A stretch of 64,000 bases of DNA. It comes from Octopus sinensis. Lineage: Eukaryota. Numbering within the stretch: the first letter of the stretch is position 1; each line of letters starts with the position of its first letter. Made by a program: the position numbers and the translations under genes. Shown here piece by piece: positions 1 to 12,570 of the stretch. The notes beneath the pieces were generated by a model that saw only the letters and a program-made list of their open reading frames with translations, was not told the origin of the DNA and ran no database searches. The DNA is taken from positions 78,430,001 through 78,494,000 of the forward strand of contig NC_042998.1 of assembly GCF_006345805.1 (NCBI RefSeq), given 5' to 3'.

Positions 1-154
1 AGTGCTAACCTCATCATGATATTTTCAAATTCTTTGCTCGCGAAAACTTGAAGAGCGGGAAATTCTGCTTAGTGACGAAGAGGAAGCCAGCTGCATAAAA
101 GTGTGTGTGAGAGAGAGAGAAAGCGCTTGAACTTGTGATTGGATTGTTTGTCTC

Positions 155-270
155 GCAATCATAGGGACGTGGGTTCCATTTCTGGACCGAGTGGTACGTT
201 GTACCCTTGAGAAAGACGATTCGCTTCAGGTTACTCCAGTTTACTCAGCCGAAAATGCATATCGGCCCAG
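155..270 (+). mobile_element. Degenerate SINE family C fragment
   Basis: Decayed match to the 14547 copy (GTTGTACCCTTGAGAAAGAC...CTCCAGTTTACTCAGC). Confidence 0.5.
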
Positions 271-784
271 TCTTGGTGTAATACTCTCTTCTTCCAACAA
301 TCATATCATCGATTTCCTTCTGGGTGAACGAGTAGGAGAACTGAGATAAATGTCAGCTCGTGATTACACAGGCACCAAAAACAATTAGCAAGATTATGTA
401 ATATACTAGAGGGCCATAATCACTTACAAGAAACAACTATGGATTTTGTTTATACACACACATACACATACACACACACACGCACACATACACATGCACG
501 CACGCACGCACACATTAATGTGTCTGCATGTTTTCCTGGTTATATTTTTCAAATTTCTCACCAATGGTGAAGGGTCGGCTTCTAACATAATGAAACAACG
601 CACTTTTACCGGACGATAGAACACTGTGTAGTTATGGAGGCATATATGCGCGCATATACATAATCTATATATACAGATCAATGTGTATAGATATACAATG
701 GTCCATGTATCGATGTCTTCGCATATGTAAAACTATATACGTATGCGTGTGTGTTTTTATAATATATACATATATATATATATA

Positions 785-1075
785 TATTTATAAATGAGGG
801 TGAAAAATTTGATATTAATTTAATAATACCATCAATTTAACACCAAGTGGCTTAGCACATAAAAACCAGGGATACAATACAAATTTATACATAAATATGA
901 GCGAGTGACCACTATGTGGTCTACTCTAGTGCTAAAAATAGATCCACTATGGTATAGTCACTAAAAAATTGTTTCCAAGGAGAAATAACACGACATTTAA
1001 CGTGGGGCAAGGGAAAATAACGAAAAAAATAGATTAACCCTGAACAATTGTTTCATTATTAATGTAAATGCAATT
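785..1075. mobile_element. AT-rich repeat fragment, probably Penelope-like terminal-repeat derived
   Basis: Start (ATAAATGAGGGTGAAAAATT...ACACCAAGTGG) resembles 50160-50215; bounded by (TA)n on both sides. Confidence 0.35.
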
Positions 1076-1094
1076 TTACTTACACACATCCATA

Positions 1095-1109
1095 AATATA
1101 TATATACAT

Positions 1110-1203
<94 letters not shown>
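1095..1203. repeat. (TA)n microsatellite
   Basis: Directly visible. Confidence 0.95.
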
Positions 1204-1206
<3 letters not shown>

Positions 1207-1349
1207 TTTAAGTAGATAAATGAATTATCTTACTACGGATAATTCGAAAGATAACCGATACCTGGGTAGCAAAATCACAACAGAAAGAACACGGTTGAAG
1301 TTACGACCATAGGGCATATACTCCGTGCCTTCAATATTAAACTTCAATA

Positions 1350-1409
<60 letters not shown>

Positions 1410-1544
1410 TGTGTTCTAGAAATTCCTTCATTTTCAGTATGATGATGAAAGGAAGATTACAAATGCATGTACTTTCTGTATAGTATGGATTCAGAACGGC
1501 TCGCTCATGATACCACATGCTGCAATTAAAGTTATGCCATTGAA

Positions 1545-1785
1545 ATCTTCTCATTATGTCTGGTACAGTTTTGTCCATTTCTTATTCATTGCTTCAGCCA
1601 TTTTTGCCATGTCATCCATTCGTTCACCTACCTTTCGTATAAAGGAGAAAATTGCAAAAACTACTTTTCTCTTCGAACAGACAAATAAAAATGTGTTGTT
1701 TATACAGTTAAAACTGTATATCTGATATTCCTTCTTAGACAGTTTGATTGTGTATTTTGCGTGTCATCAGTATAGAGCAAAATGT
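1545..1785 (-). pseudogene. Possible LINE reverse-transcriptase remnant
   Basis: Minus strand reads ILLYTDDTQ (YADD-like), then VNEWM...LK; interrupted by stops. Confidence 0.3.
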
Positions 1786-2082
1786 CATTTTGTTGATTAT
1801 TTATATGTACTATGCGATGGTAAATAAACGTGACTTTTATGTACGCGTGTAAGAGTCTTTAGCCATATATGATGTGTATGTGTGTATGTTTGTGTGAAGT
1901 TGTGTGCGGTAATCTGTGAGTGTGCGTGCGTGTGCATACCAGTAATTACTCTTCTTGTAGCATTTGATCTCCTCTTAATTACATTTATTTAGTTTTAGTT
2001 ATTTAATCTTGTTCATACACCGTTACACACACAACTACATAGTCGTTTATAGTCATTCACATGGACACGCCCTGCACTTTCT

Positions 2083-2138
<56 letters not shown>

Positions 2139-2362
2139 AACACAATCAAATAACTGCATAAACGTGGCTTACATATTTACACCAACATCACACACGAAGC
2201 TAATAAGATTTTCTCGTATTTTTGTACATATCATAAATATATTAATCGATATACATTTAATGTTGCACACATGACGCCCCACTTCAAGCAAATATCCACA
2301 TATACTCATACATTTGTTTTGTATATATCCGTGTATGCCTGTATGTAGGTTCATGTGCTAGT

Positions 2363-2440
<78 letters not shown>

Positions 2441-3372
2441 ATACATACATATGTATTCAGTGATACAAACGTATATCTCACAAGTCTATGGATCTGCGCT
2501 TGGACATTTTGATATAGCAGCGACTGCTACATCTACAGAGGCCTACATTTGAGTAACAGTCCTCCATATTATGAATTACACTTGAAGACATTGTTTACCA
2601 ATATCATGTTGATGTAGTTGGTAAGTGCAATTTCCTTCAAAAGCATGTCTAATTTTTATCTCGTTATATACTCCATTTAATTCCAGCTAAAATGAAATTT
2701 GTTCTCTTGTGTAGACATCTTCAAAGCATAAACGCGGTCGACCTTCTGTTCTCTTACCAGAAGCGTAACTTTTATCCGTTTTGTGAAGTGAATTTCACCG
2801 ATGACATTTTTCTCTTGCAGAATATTTACACTATCTACGCCAACGATGTTGTCCTTAAGATGAGCAAGCTCAGTAACAACTAGGAACCTGTTGTAAATAT
2901 TTCCAAACGAACTGGAAAAGAATAACGGGCTGCATTAGAGACTCCAACTTTGGAGTTGTGTTCAGAGTTCAATCCTGAAAATGACATCTCTCCTTCCAAC
3001 AAATCCTTGCAAATAGATACTTATGGCAGAAGGGGATAGAGACTTGCAATTACATATTGCCCTTGCTTAGTTGCACTGCTTTCTCAGAGTCACGGTTTCC
3101 ATCCATCAGGAGCTTAGGTTTTTACAGCACCTGTATCCGCCTTCCTTCACAGAAGGCTTTGGGCTAAACTTAGGTGCCAAAGATTGCCTAAGATGCATAC
3201 TGTGAGGAGCCTGTAAGTAGTACGCGTTTGTCCACAATAACATTCTACGGTTTACAAAACTTGGAACATTTACACACACACACACATACACGCATATATT
3301 GTTGGACCTTAATCATTTGACGATTAGGATTCAGTTGTTCAATCAAGTAAATTAACGCATAAGAGGATAAGT

Positions 3373-3784
3373 TATTTCTTTATTACCCACAAGGGGCTAA
3401 ACATAGAGGGGACAAACAAGGACAGACAAAGGGATTAAGTCGATTACATCGACCCCAGTGCGTAACTGGTACTTAATTTATCGACCCTGAAAGGATGAAA
3501 GGCAAAGTCGACCTCGACGGAATTTGAACTCAGAACATAACAGCAGACGAAATACCTATTTCTTTACTACCCACAAGGGCCTAAACACAGAGAGGACAAA
3601 CAAGGACAGACAAAGGGATTAAGTCGATTACATCGACCCCAGTGCGTAACTGGTATTTATTTATCGACCCCGATGAAAAGCAAAGTCGACCTCGGCCGAA
3701 TTTGAACTCAGAACGTAGCGGCAAATGAAATACCGCTAAGCATTTCGCCCGGCGTGCTTAACGTTTCTACCAGTTCGCCGCCTT
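3373..3784 (-). mobile_element. SINE family A, tandem dimer (tRNA-like head, Nin-like central domain)
   Basis: Reverse complement of GGCGGCGAGCTGGCAGAAACG...GAGTTCAAATTCCGCCGAGGTCGACTTTGCCTTTCATCCTTTCGGGGTCG; two units joined near 3555. Confidence 0.9.
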
Positions 3785-4912
3785 CTACATTCATTCATAC
3801 ACTTAACCTTATTCTCAAGCAGAATCAGCAGGACACAGTATGTGACTAAGCTGAACTTTCGAATTATAAATAAAATCCACCTGACGGGTTTCTATACAGT
3901 TTCCATCTACCCAGTTTCACTCACCAGGACCCGAACCTGTAGAAAATAACATTTTCCCAAAATGTTCGATAGTGGCATCCAACCAGAGAGTTCGTCGCTG
4001 CGAAGTGAACTTCTTCGCCATTCAGCCAAACTGCAAATATATATATAGAAGGCTGCTAATCTGATGCTGGTGCAGCGCGCACTCTTCCCCAGGTGTCACC
4101 TTTTCGATATTCCACTGCGTCAAAATTTAGGAGGACCGAAAGATTCTGTGTCTGCTCGCAATTACATAAGCCCTAAAATAATTTGTGAAAGCATGGCACA
4201 TGCTGCGAAACCATGCACGCTTGCTAGTTCGGTTCTGGTGCAGTATCACATCACACACACACACACACAATCACACACACACACCACACAATCACACACA
4301 CACACCACACACACACACACACACCACACACACACACACGCACACATAATATATATAAACTGACTAATAAACTGCATGATATATGACAATTGAGTTAGCA
4401 CTTCATATGTTTCATTACATTCTAAAACAAGTGCCTAGGAAGAGAATTCGTGTCATAATAATTATTTCAAATTAGAGGTTTCCTCGCTATAACGGAGCTG
4501 GATTACGGGTAAATAATACAAGACAGGAAAATATGATGTGAAATTACTCACACCACGGATAAGAGTAAACAATTTCTTTCTATGTTGTTTCGTCTTGGGT
4601 TACATGCGCGCGCGCGTGTGTGTGTGTACGCGCGCGTATACACACATACATTAACAATGACTTGTCTCGCGACGCGAGTTTCACGCCGTTCAGCTTAAAC
4701 AAAAATCATATCCTCTACAGCATGTATTGAGCACTCGTCTTTCATTTGTCCGCCATAAATCTTTGTGTGAGAGTTTGCATAAATATATATATGTGTGTGT
4801 GTGTGTGTATTCGTGGGGTGGGGAGCTGGCTGGCTGGCTGGATGGATGGATGGATGAGTAGATATACAATGCATTCACGCATATATTCTTTATTCCGTTA
4901 ATCTATGACCGT

Positions 4913-5282
4913 GGAGGCGCAATGGCCCAGTGGTTAGGGCAGCGGACTCGCGGTCATAGGATCGGGGTTCGATTCCCAGACCGGGCGTTGTGAGTGTTTA
5001 TTGAGCGAAAACACCTAAATCTCTACGAGGCTCCGGCAGGGGATGGTGTTGATCCCTGCTGTACTCTTTCACCACAACTTTCTCTCACTCTTACTTCCTG
5101 TTTCTGTTGTAGCTGTATTTCAAAGGGCCGGCCTTGTCACTCTCTGTGTCACGCTGAATATCCCCGAGAACTACGTCTGTGGAGTGCTCAGCCACTTACA
5201 CGTTAATTTCACGAGTAGGCTGTTCCGTTGATTCGGATCAACCGGAACCCTCGTCGTTGTAACCGACGGAGTGCTTCCACAA
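4913..5282 (+). mobile_element. SINE family D (tRNA-like head) with tail X
   Basis: A box TGGCCCAGTGG, B box GGTTCGATTCC; 3' tail shared with the family C copy at 14547. Confidence 0.9.
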
Positions 5283-6067
5283 TCTAAGACCAGTTTCATA
5301 AACTGTGGACATGCTGATGCAACACTTTTAATACTTTTTATTTCACCATAGTCACTCCAGTTTGTTACATACTTAGTCTTTCAATATTATTAATTACTTA
5401 AACTGGCAATTTTTATCAACAGCGATATTATTTTAACCGGCGTTGTTGTGTGAAAGAGAAACAATTACGAATAGACACAATTACACATTTACAAATATCA
5501 TCTCTTGTTACCATGTTCATCGACAACAGAAACATACCCATGCATTATCTAATGACATCAACTTAACCGCATTACGTTATCTCCGTTTGTCTTTTTAAAG
5601 TACAGAGCAGTTCCAAGTGTCACACGAATGTAATTTTGTTTCTTTTTCTTTTATTTTAGCATTTATGGATTTTTTTCCGTTTGATTTATTATTTCCATTT
5701 TGTAGTCACCTGGGTTCCTTGTTTTCGTTTTTTTTTTGTTTTTCTTTTTTTCGTTGTTTTTTTTTTGTGGAGTCGGGGTTGCTTAACTGTCTCCAAACTA
5801 AAGGTAACAACTTGGTAAATGTGGATTATTCTCAGACACATTCAAACCTAAAACCTCACAAATGTAAAAATTTCGTGCTTGATAAGTATCGTAACCCAGT
5901 GAATCGTAGTTCGACAGCACTTTTGGTACGGCTAAGACACCACGGCCAAGCCTCAACTGCTCGGTCACCGCGGCTGAGCGCTCAGTTTCCATTTCGTACA
6001 TCTTGAGGACACATAAAACTCTTCTCATTCGAAGCTATACAACTTACGCAACTACCTAAGCTGATAA

Positions 6068-6112
6068 TCTCTTTCTCTCTCTCTCTCTCTTTCTCTCTTT
6101 CTCTTTCTCTCT

Positions 6113-6144
<32 letters not shown>

Positions 6145-6362
6145 TTCCTCCTCTTCTTCTGCCTCTCTTTCTCTCTCGCTCAATTTCTCTCTACTTCTCG
6201 TTCCCCTCTTCCTACATTTCTCTCTCCTTTTCTCCTTGCCTCTCTCGATCTCTCCCCACCTATTTTGGTCTCTCTATCTCTCTCTCCCCTGCCTCTCTCG
6301 GTCTTTTTCTCACTCTTCTCTCGGTTTTTCTCTCTCTCCTTTTCACTCTGCCTCTCTCAGTT

Positions 6363-6414
<52 letters not shown>

Positions 6415-6415
6415 G
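6068..6415. repeat. (CT)n and degenerate CT-rich tract
   Basis: Directly visible. Confidence 0.95.
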
Positions 6416-6689
6416 CTCTATCAAACCATCTATCTTTTTCTCTCGAGCTAAGCATTGCAAACAAAAGACACCGTCATCAATTTCCCACAGCTTCTCTTGT
6501 TAACAATCGTACGAGTTTCCTACTTTGTTATTCTTACATATTTACACGAAAGAAGTCTGGGTTTCTTTAGAAGTTATTGAATTGTTCAAGAAGACAGTAC
6601 AGTGCTGATTGCAAGAAATAACCTACCTATATAAAGTTCGATGCTCTGCAACTGTATCAGCTCTGACGATGAAGCTACTTATATATGGT

Positions 6690-6885
6690 CACTTGATATG
6701 CAAGGAATAGCAATCATTTTTCCTTCAGATCACACCCTATTCTCACTTTAAATAAAGAAAGGTAGCGTTCGATGAAGTACTCCTGTATACATTATGTATA
6801 AATAAAAATCGAAATATTTATGATGGGGTTGCAATTAATCATGGGTCTATTCGATCAGGGCGGACCTGCTATTCTATCAGCAACT
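6690..6885 (+). repeat. Old interspersed repeat (family E); related pieces near 10330-10430, 36115-36260 and 62875-63030
   Basis: Shared decayed motifs (GCTAGAAATAGCAGCCAAATC-like start, TTTGATCGTAG...GATCAG-like end) seen by eye at several loci. Confidence 0.4.
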
Positions 6886-6934
6886 CTGTCATTCACGCTT
6901 TCATTATTTCTGTTAACAATGTGCCTTTTCGATT

Positions 6935-7520
6935 AAGGCAACGAGCTCTGGCAGAAACGTTAGCACGCCGGGTGAAATGCTTGGCGGTATTTCGTCTGTC
7001 TTTACGTTCTGAGTTCAAATCCCACCGAGGTCGACTTTGCCCTTCATCCCTTCGGGGTCGATTAGATAAGTACCAGTTACGCACTGGGGTCGACATAATC
7101 GACTTAATCCATTTGTCTGTCCTTGTCTGTCCTCTCTGTGTTTAGCCCCTAGTGGGTAGTAAAGAAATAGGTATTTTGTCTGTCTTTACGTACTGAGTTC
7201 AAATCCTGCCGAGGTCGACTTTGCCTTTCATCCTTTCGGGGTCGATTAGATAAGTACCAGTTACGCACTGGGGTAGATATAATCGACTTAATCCATTTGT
7301 CTGTCTTTGTTTGTCCTCTCTGTGTTTAGCCCCTTGTGGGTAGTTAAGAAATAGGTATTTTGTCTGTCTTTACGTTCTGAGTTCAAATCCCGCCGAGGTT
7401 GACTTTGCCTTTCATCCTTTCGGAGTCGATTAGATAAGTACCAGTTGCATACTGGAGCTTATCTAATCGACTGCCCCGCTTCCCAAAAATTTCGGGCCTT
7501 GTACCTAGAATAGAGAAGAA
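6935..7520 (+). mobile_element. SINE family A, tandem trimer
   Basis: Full head at 6935; units 2 and 3 restart at GTATTTTGTCTGTC (about 7170 and 7354); unit 3 carries the short tail. Confidence 0.92.
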
Positions 7521-7735
7521 TGTGCCTTTTCGATAAGTTTCCTTAATTTCAACTCGGTAAATAAGTATAGCGGCAAGAACGGTGACTTACTCAAGATATA
7601 CTTACTACAGATTTGCTTTTCAGAATCGTACAATGCGATCCGTAAAGCTCCAAGTTTCCATATTACGTCTGGTAACGAGTTTAACCAATTTCTTTGTATT
7701 TAGAATATATGTATATATATATATATATATATATC

Positions 7736-8130
7736 TTTTAGCTTTTCTTTTACTTGCTTCAGCCATATGACTGCGGTCATGATGGAGCACTGCCTCGAAG
7801 GGTTTTGCTCGAACAAATCATCACCAGGACTTATTTTTAAGCCTAGAACTTATTTTATCCGTCTCTTTTTGCCAAACCGCTGCGTTACGGGAACGTAAAC
7901 ACTAACATCGGTTGTCAAGCGGTGGTGAGGGACACACACAAACATACACACACATACACACAGACATATACATGACGGGCTTCTTTCAGTTTCCATCTAC
8001 TAAATCCACTCACAAGGCTTTGGTCCGCCCGATACTATAGGGGATGACACTTGCCGAAAGTGTCACGCAATGGGACTGAACCCGGAACCACGTGGTTGGA
8101 AAGCAAGCTTCTTATCACTCAGCCACGCTG
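7736..8130 (-). mobile_element. SINE family B
   Basis: Reverse complement of the 43068 copy, with internal CA/TA microsatellite. Confidence 0.9.
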
Positions 8131-9221
8131 TACCATTAACTCAATGGATTTGAAGGAAGTGAGTTACTTTGCTTTGTTCTAGGAAAACACAGTATTTCTT
8201 AACTTTAATGGAAATCTCTTGTTTACATAGTGCGCAGGATATGCACAAATGCATGTATGATACCATTTGTCTTCTCTGTTTTTATTCTTGAAATTTCACA
8301 ATTGAGAAGAAGCAAGATCCATCTTCTTATACGTAGGTGCGCGCGTGCGTGTGTCCTGAATGTACTGAATGTTTCTGTACGAACTGCGATACTAAAACAT
8401 CCGAGTAGGAAAGACTGAAATTGAGACATAAGTTCAGTCTAGAGGTCTAGACGTACCGCATTGTACATCGATTCTATACAAACACAACATACATGACGTA
8501 GTGCTAAGAGATATGGAATCAAACTGATGCAATGTTGTCGAGATATAGCAAATCAACAGATATGTATGTCTCGCCTTAAGCCACAGCGAGGTAGAATTTC
8601 GATGATAAATTGATACGAAATATAGATTCTTTCTCTTTCTGTTTTTTTTTTTTTTTTGGCGTAATATCAGGGTAGCATCTTCAAGAAATAGCAGTCATAT
8701 CATCCTCAATTCGTAACCTACTTCTTCTTTTAAAAAGATGTCATATAATTTTTTTTTCTTCAGAATATCCAAAATAAATTATTCTTTGACCAATGGTCAA
8801 TCTATCGGTCTATCAGAAATGGATATAAATGACAACAGCAGTTTATTCGTTTACCGAACGCATGCACATATACACATACACACATCACACACTCACACAC
8901 ATTCTAATTTTGTGTTAGAAGCAGTATGTCCGAATGTTTGCTTCACAGCCATAAGGTTCCGAGTTCAAAACCCTTGCATGGAATATTAGGCGAAAGTCAT
9001 TTTCTATGACCTCATGGGAGAAATTGAGTAGACAGAAATTACAAAAAATCACCTGGTAGATATAATGACTTATGAGTAATCCTTGTTCTCTCGTAGCACC
9101 AGGTCCTCCCTGCTCAATCAAAAATATTCCATCTGAACCATGCTGTCGAGATATTTAATTTATTTATGTTTATTTATTAGAATGTAACATGTATCATACT
9201 TTAGGTGGCAGGGTATCATTC

Positions 9222-9550
9222 CTATGGACACTGGGCTAGGTTTCTTAGTTTGGTGATACCACCCTTTCTCTCACTAACGGTGGAAGCTCTGAAAAGGGTC
9301 ATGAGCACTACTATATCACTATGCAATAAAGAAAATGTATGGTTGCCGACACTTAACCGTTTCTATTTGGCATAAAGAGACAATAACATCAGCAGGGTAT
9401 TAACTGTTTCTAGCAGCTGTATTTGTGACTAAGTTATTTCTTTGTTTTATGTCTGGCACTAAAATATTCTGTCGAGTTTGGTTATGTATTGGAGATTTCT
9501 TCAAGTGTGTGTATGTGCTTGTGTGTATGTGCATTTGTGTATGTACGTGT

Positions 9551-9624
<74 letters not shown>

Positions 9625-10589
9625 GTGTGTGTGTGTGTGATTTTTACCTTTTTGTGGACCCTGATTGAGCAGACGTGATCTGGATAATATTGTTCAACTC
9701 TAAACGTAGGGCGTGATTTTAAGGTCTTCTTTATTATCTCTCTCAGGTCAAATGACGCTGCAGATTCTTTATCGTTATCTCGTTTGGTTGTTATACACAA
9801 TGGTATTTTTAGAAGTATGCTTTCTTCAACCTTCTGACCTTTCTAAGGTTGTGACCATACTAACGTAATCACGAGTGATACAGACAGCTTAAAGCTCCCC
9901 ACTACATTCATATGTCGAAATTTGTTCCATAGACAGCTCCAACCATTTACATGAACTTGAACTTTTATACGTTTATTTCTCCTAGATAGTATCCAGCTGT
10001 TATGAATTGTTCTCCCAACTTGTTCATCCCGTCCTAAACTTCACGATCGAATTCCTGAACTCCGTATTCTGAAGAACGTGCTTCAGTTGTGGAAGCATTT
10101 TGAGAGCGATTCAACAGCGTTCTCTGTCGCAAAGTAGGTTCTGGTAGATGAGCCGCATCAATCGAGATTAAGGAGCCTATTTTCGAAGTAGTGCAATGAA
10201 ATCTATATTACTAGAAATTTAAATAATGATACTGCGATGGCGTTTCGTTCAGAGGAATTATTGCTGGGCCGGTCACTCATACGCCATGGAAACCAAGTAA
10301 TCGGCTCTACAAGTCCTAGGACTCAAGGTAGCAATATCCACTTATATATGACTACAATAGGCAATGTATCGTTCGCTTTTAAGATGTTTTATCCGATTTT
10401 AGAGGGATTTGGCTGATGTTATTGTCTCCTTATTCCAAATAGAAACGGTTAAGTGTAGGCAACCATACATTTTTTTATTGCTTACTCATTGGGGATATAG
10501 CAGTGCTTATTACCCTTTTCAGAGCTTCCACCGTTAGTGAGAGAAAGGGTGGTATCACCAAACTAAGAAACCTAGCCCAGTGTCCATAG
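9222..10589. repeat. Long inverted repeat, arms 9222-9393 and 10412-10589
   Basis: Outer 78 bp (9222-9299 vs 10512-10589) are exact reverse complements; the inner part is diverged. Confidence 0.92.
9520..9638. repeat. (TG)n microsatellite
   Basis: Directly visible. Confidence 0.95.
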
Positions 10590-10826
10590 AAATGTCTACT
10601 TGATTGAAATTACTTACGTGATCGCCTTAGATAAGGTTGTGTTTTGAATTACAACCTCCGTACTCACAATGAGTTTCCACACACTTCCTTTTACTCATCT
10701 TAACTCAGACTTGGATCTAGATGACGTCATCGTAAGGAAAATCTAGAGCCGTATGATGGTTAACCGAAGTTTACATACATTACCCCATTCCTTCACTTTC
10801 TCTCTTTCACTCACTCTCTCTTTCTC

Positions 10827-10873
<47 letters not shown>

Positions 10874-11647
10874 GCACGTACACACACACACACATACGCA
10901 AACACACTTGCGCGCGCACGTAGACACACGCACTGTCCCAGACAATGCACACTCGAGAATAATCATGTATAATTTCTTATGCGTATCTTTGCGTGAACGA
11001 GTCTAGTACAATATTATCAGAAAACGGAAATAAGCCATGCCATAAATAATATTTTATATCAATTCTAAAAATATCTAAATGGATTATTGGCCATCTTCAA
11101 TGTTTGTTTATAATTTAATAAAAGTGTTTCAATTGCACATTTATTATCATTCTACCCAGTTCCTCAAATACAGCGTATGTATTTATATCTATATGTGTGC
11201 GTGTGTATGCGTGAATATGAATGTATATGTATGCATGTACGTGTGCGTGTATGTGTGTCTGAGATTGTGGACGTCTCTGTATTAGTTCCAGTAGCAACTT
11301 CTGTACTATTCTTTCGCGCCAGGATCTAAGAATTTGGTGGACACGGCGAGATTCAGCTGCTTCGGTCGTAGTTCTTGAAATAAAAAAAAAAGCAAGCATG
11401 TTTGTTAGGTCAAGCAGAGTGATTCTTTCTGCTTCCGCTCATGCCGTGACGTACCTGAGGGTTTGCGGCGCTCAGGCCATTTGATATTAGGGAGGGCGAA
11501 GTCTCGTAGAAGAAGTATCTGAAGACTGTCATCTTGGTCTTCTTCCATCTTTTTGTATGTATGTATGTATGTATGTATGTATGTAGGTAGGTAGGTAGGT
11601 AGGTAGGTAGGTAGGTAGGTAGGTAGGTATGTAAGTATGTATGTATG

Positions 11648-11678
<31 letters not shown>

Positions 11679-11720
11679 TGTATGTATGTATGCACGCATG
11701 TATGTATGTATATATGTATG

Positions 11721-12272
11721 TCAGGTCACTTTCGAGTGCTACTGGTAACATGTAACCCAGTACAACCTGTTGCATGGTCGGGTCGTCGGCGACTAAACCG
11801 GCAACCCCACCAAGCTTGCTTGGTGAGGAGGGTGTTTATTGGTCACCCTGCAGGATGAAAAACAAAAACCCGTCAAAGGGCGGAGGGACTCTTGAGAGTC
11901 AACGGCCATCAATAAATGTCTTAAGGCTGTATCATGCGCGGGGACATAGAAATAATCGGACTGAATACCCGATCGCGCGGTTAAACCATTGGGAGTGAAG
12001 GACTCCTAGCCTTTGTTAGGACATCCTTCTAGAAGAAGGTAACTAGGGTAACTGGGATAACTCCGAAATAAAACCTGCGGCTCAGTGGTTACCGATGATG
12101 TTGACTTGTTCTTCTTTTCGGATTATGGCTGCTGTTGCTTAGTGAGTGGGATTGACTTAGTGCACAGCCTTTCCTCACTTTAAAAGAAATCTTCTTGCTC
12201 AGGTATTGCACGATAACAACATTGATTAAGCTTCATGCAATGGCCATACACGATAACGAGGGAGCAGCCACC
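11721..12272 (+). mobile_element. Probable RTE-type LINE 5' UTR fragment (duplicated at 12816-13366)
   Basis: AGAAGGTAACT...CTCCGAAATAAAACC motif resembles RTE 5' UTRs (recalled, not searched); no ORF follows. Confidence 0.4.
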
Positions 12273-12307
12273 ATGTATGTATGTATGTATGTATGTATGT
12301 ATGTATA

Positions 12308-12570
12308 TCAGATGGAGTCAAAAGGTTTTTTTTCGTATTTCAAGCTTTAGTTGGCAGTTCACACAAATTACGTACGAAAAGCGTTTATTCATCAAAATAT
12401 ATCCCATTATGTCCTATTGTCTGTTGCAACCGTTGTGCCAGAAGTTCAATTCCACGCTTATAACATTTGGCTAGTTCAGAGGTAAAAAAAGCTCCATGTA
12501 CCCGTTTTCGAACTCATTCTCATTGTGATATGACATAAGAATCATCAATGAGAATCCGAAAAATACTCTT
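12308..12570 (-). mobile_element. Mariner 3'-end remnant (duplicated near 13400-13665)
   Basis: Minus frame FTSELAKCYKRGIELLAQRLQQTIGHNGIYFDE* matches the mariner transposase C-terminus, followed by TIR-like sequence. Confidence 0.7.

Noticed and set aside
1545-1630. Terminal-exon-like peptide GERMDDMAKMAEAMNKKWTKLYQT* after a pyrimidine tract (minus strand)
   Set aside because: No recognisable homologue or supported upstream exon. A YADD-like motif (ILLYTDDTQ) 140 nt upstream suggests a LINE remnant. Not excluded; RNA-seq would decide.
4913-4990. tRNA-like sequence (also at 16870, 23750 and 14547)
   Set aside because: These are SINE heads. They continue into repeat bodies and I see no complete cloverleaf acceptor stem.
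7624-7671. 48-nt micro-exon candidate (TTTTCAG|...|GTAACG)
   Set aside because: No partner exons or homology; such signals occur by chance in 64 kb.
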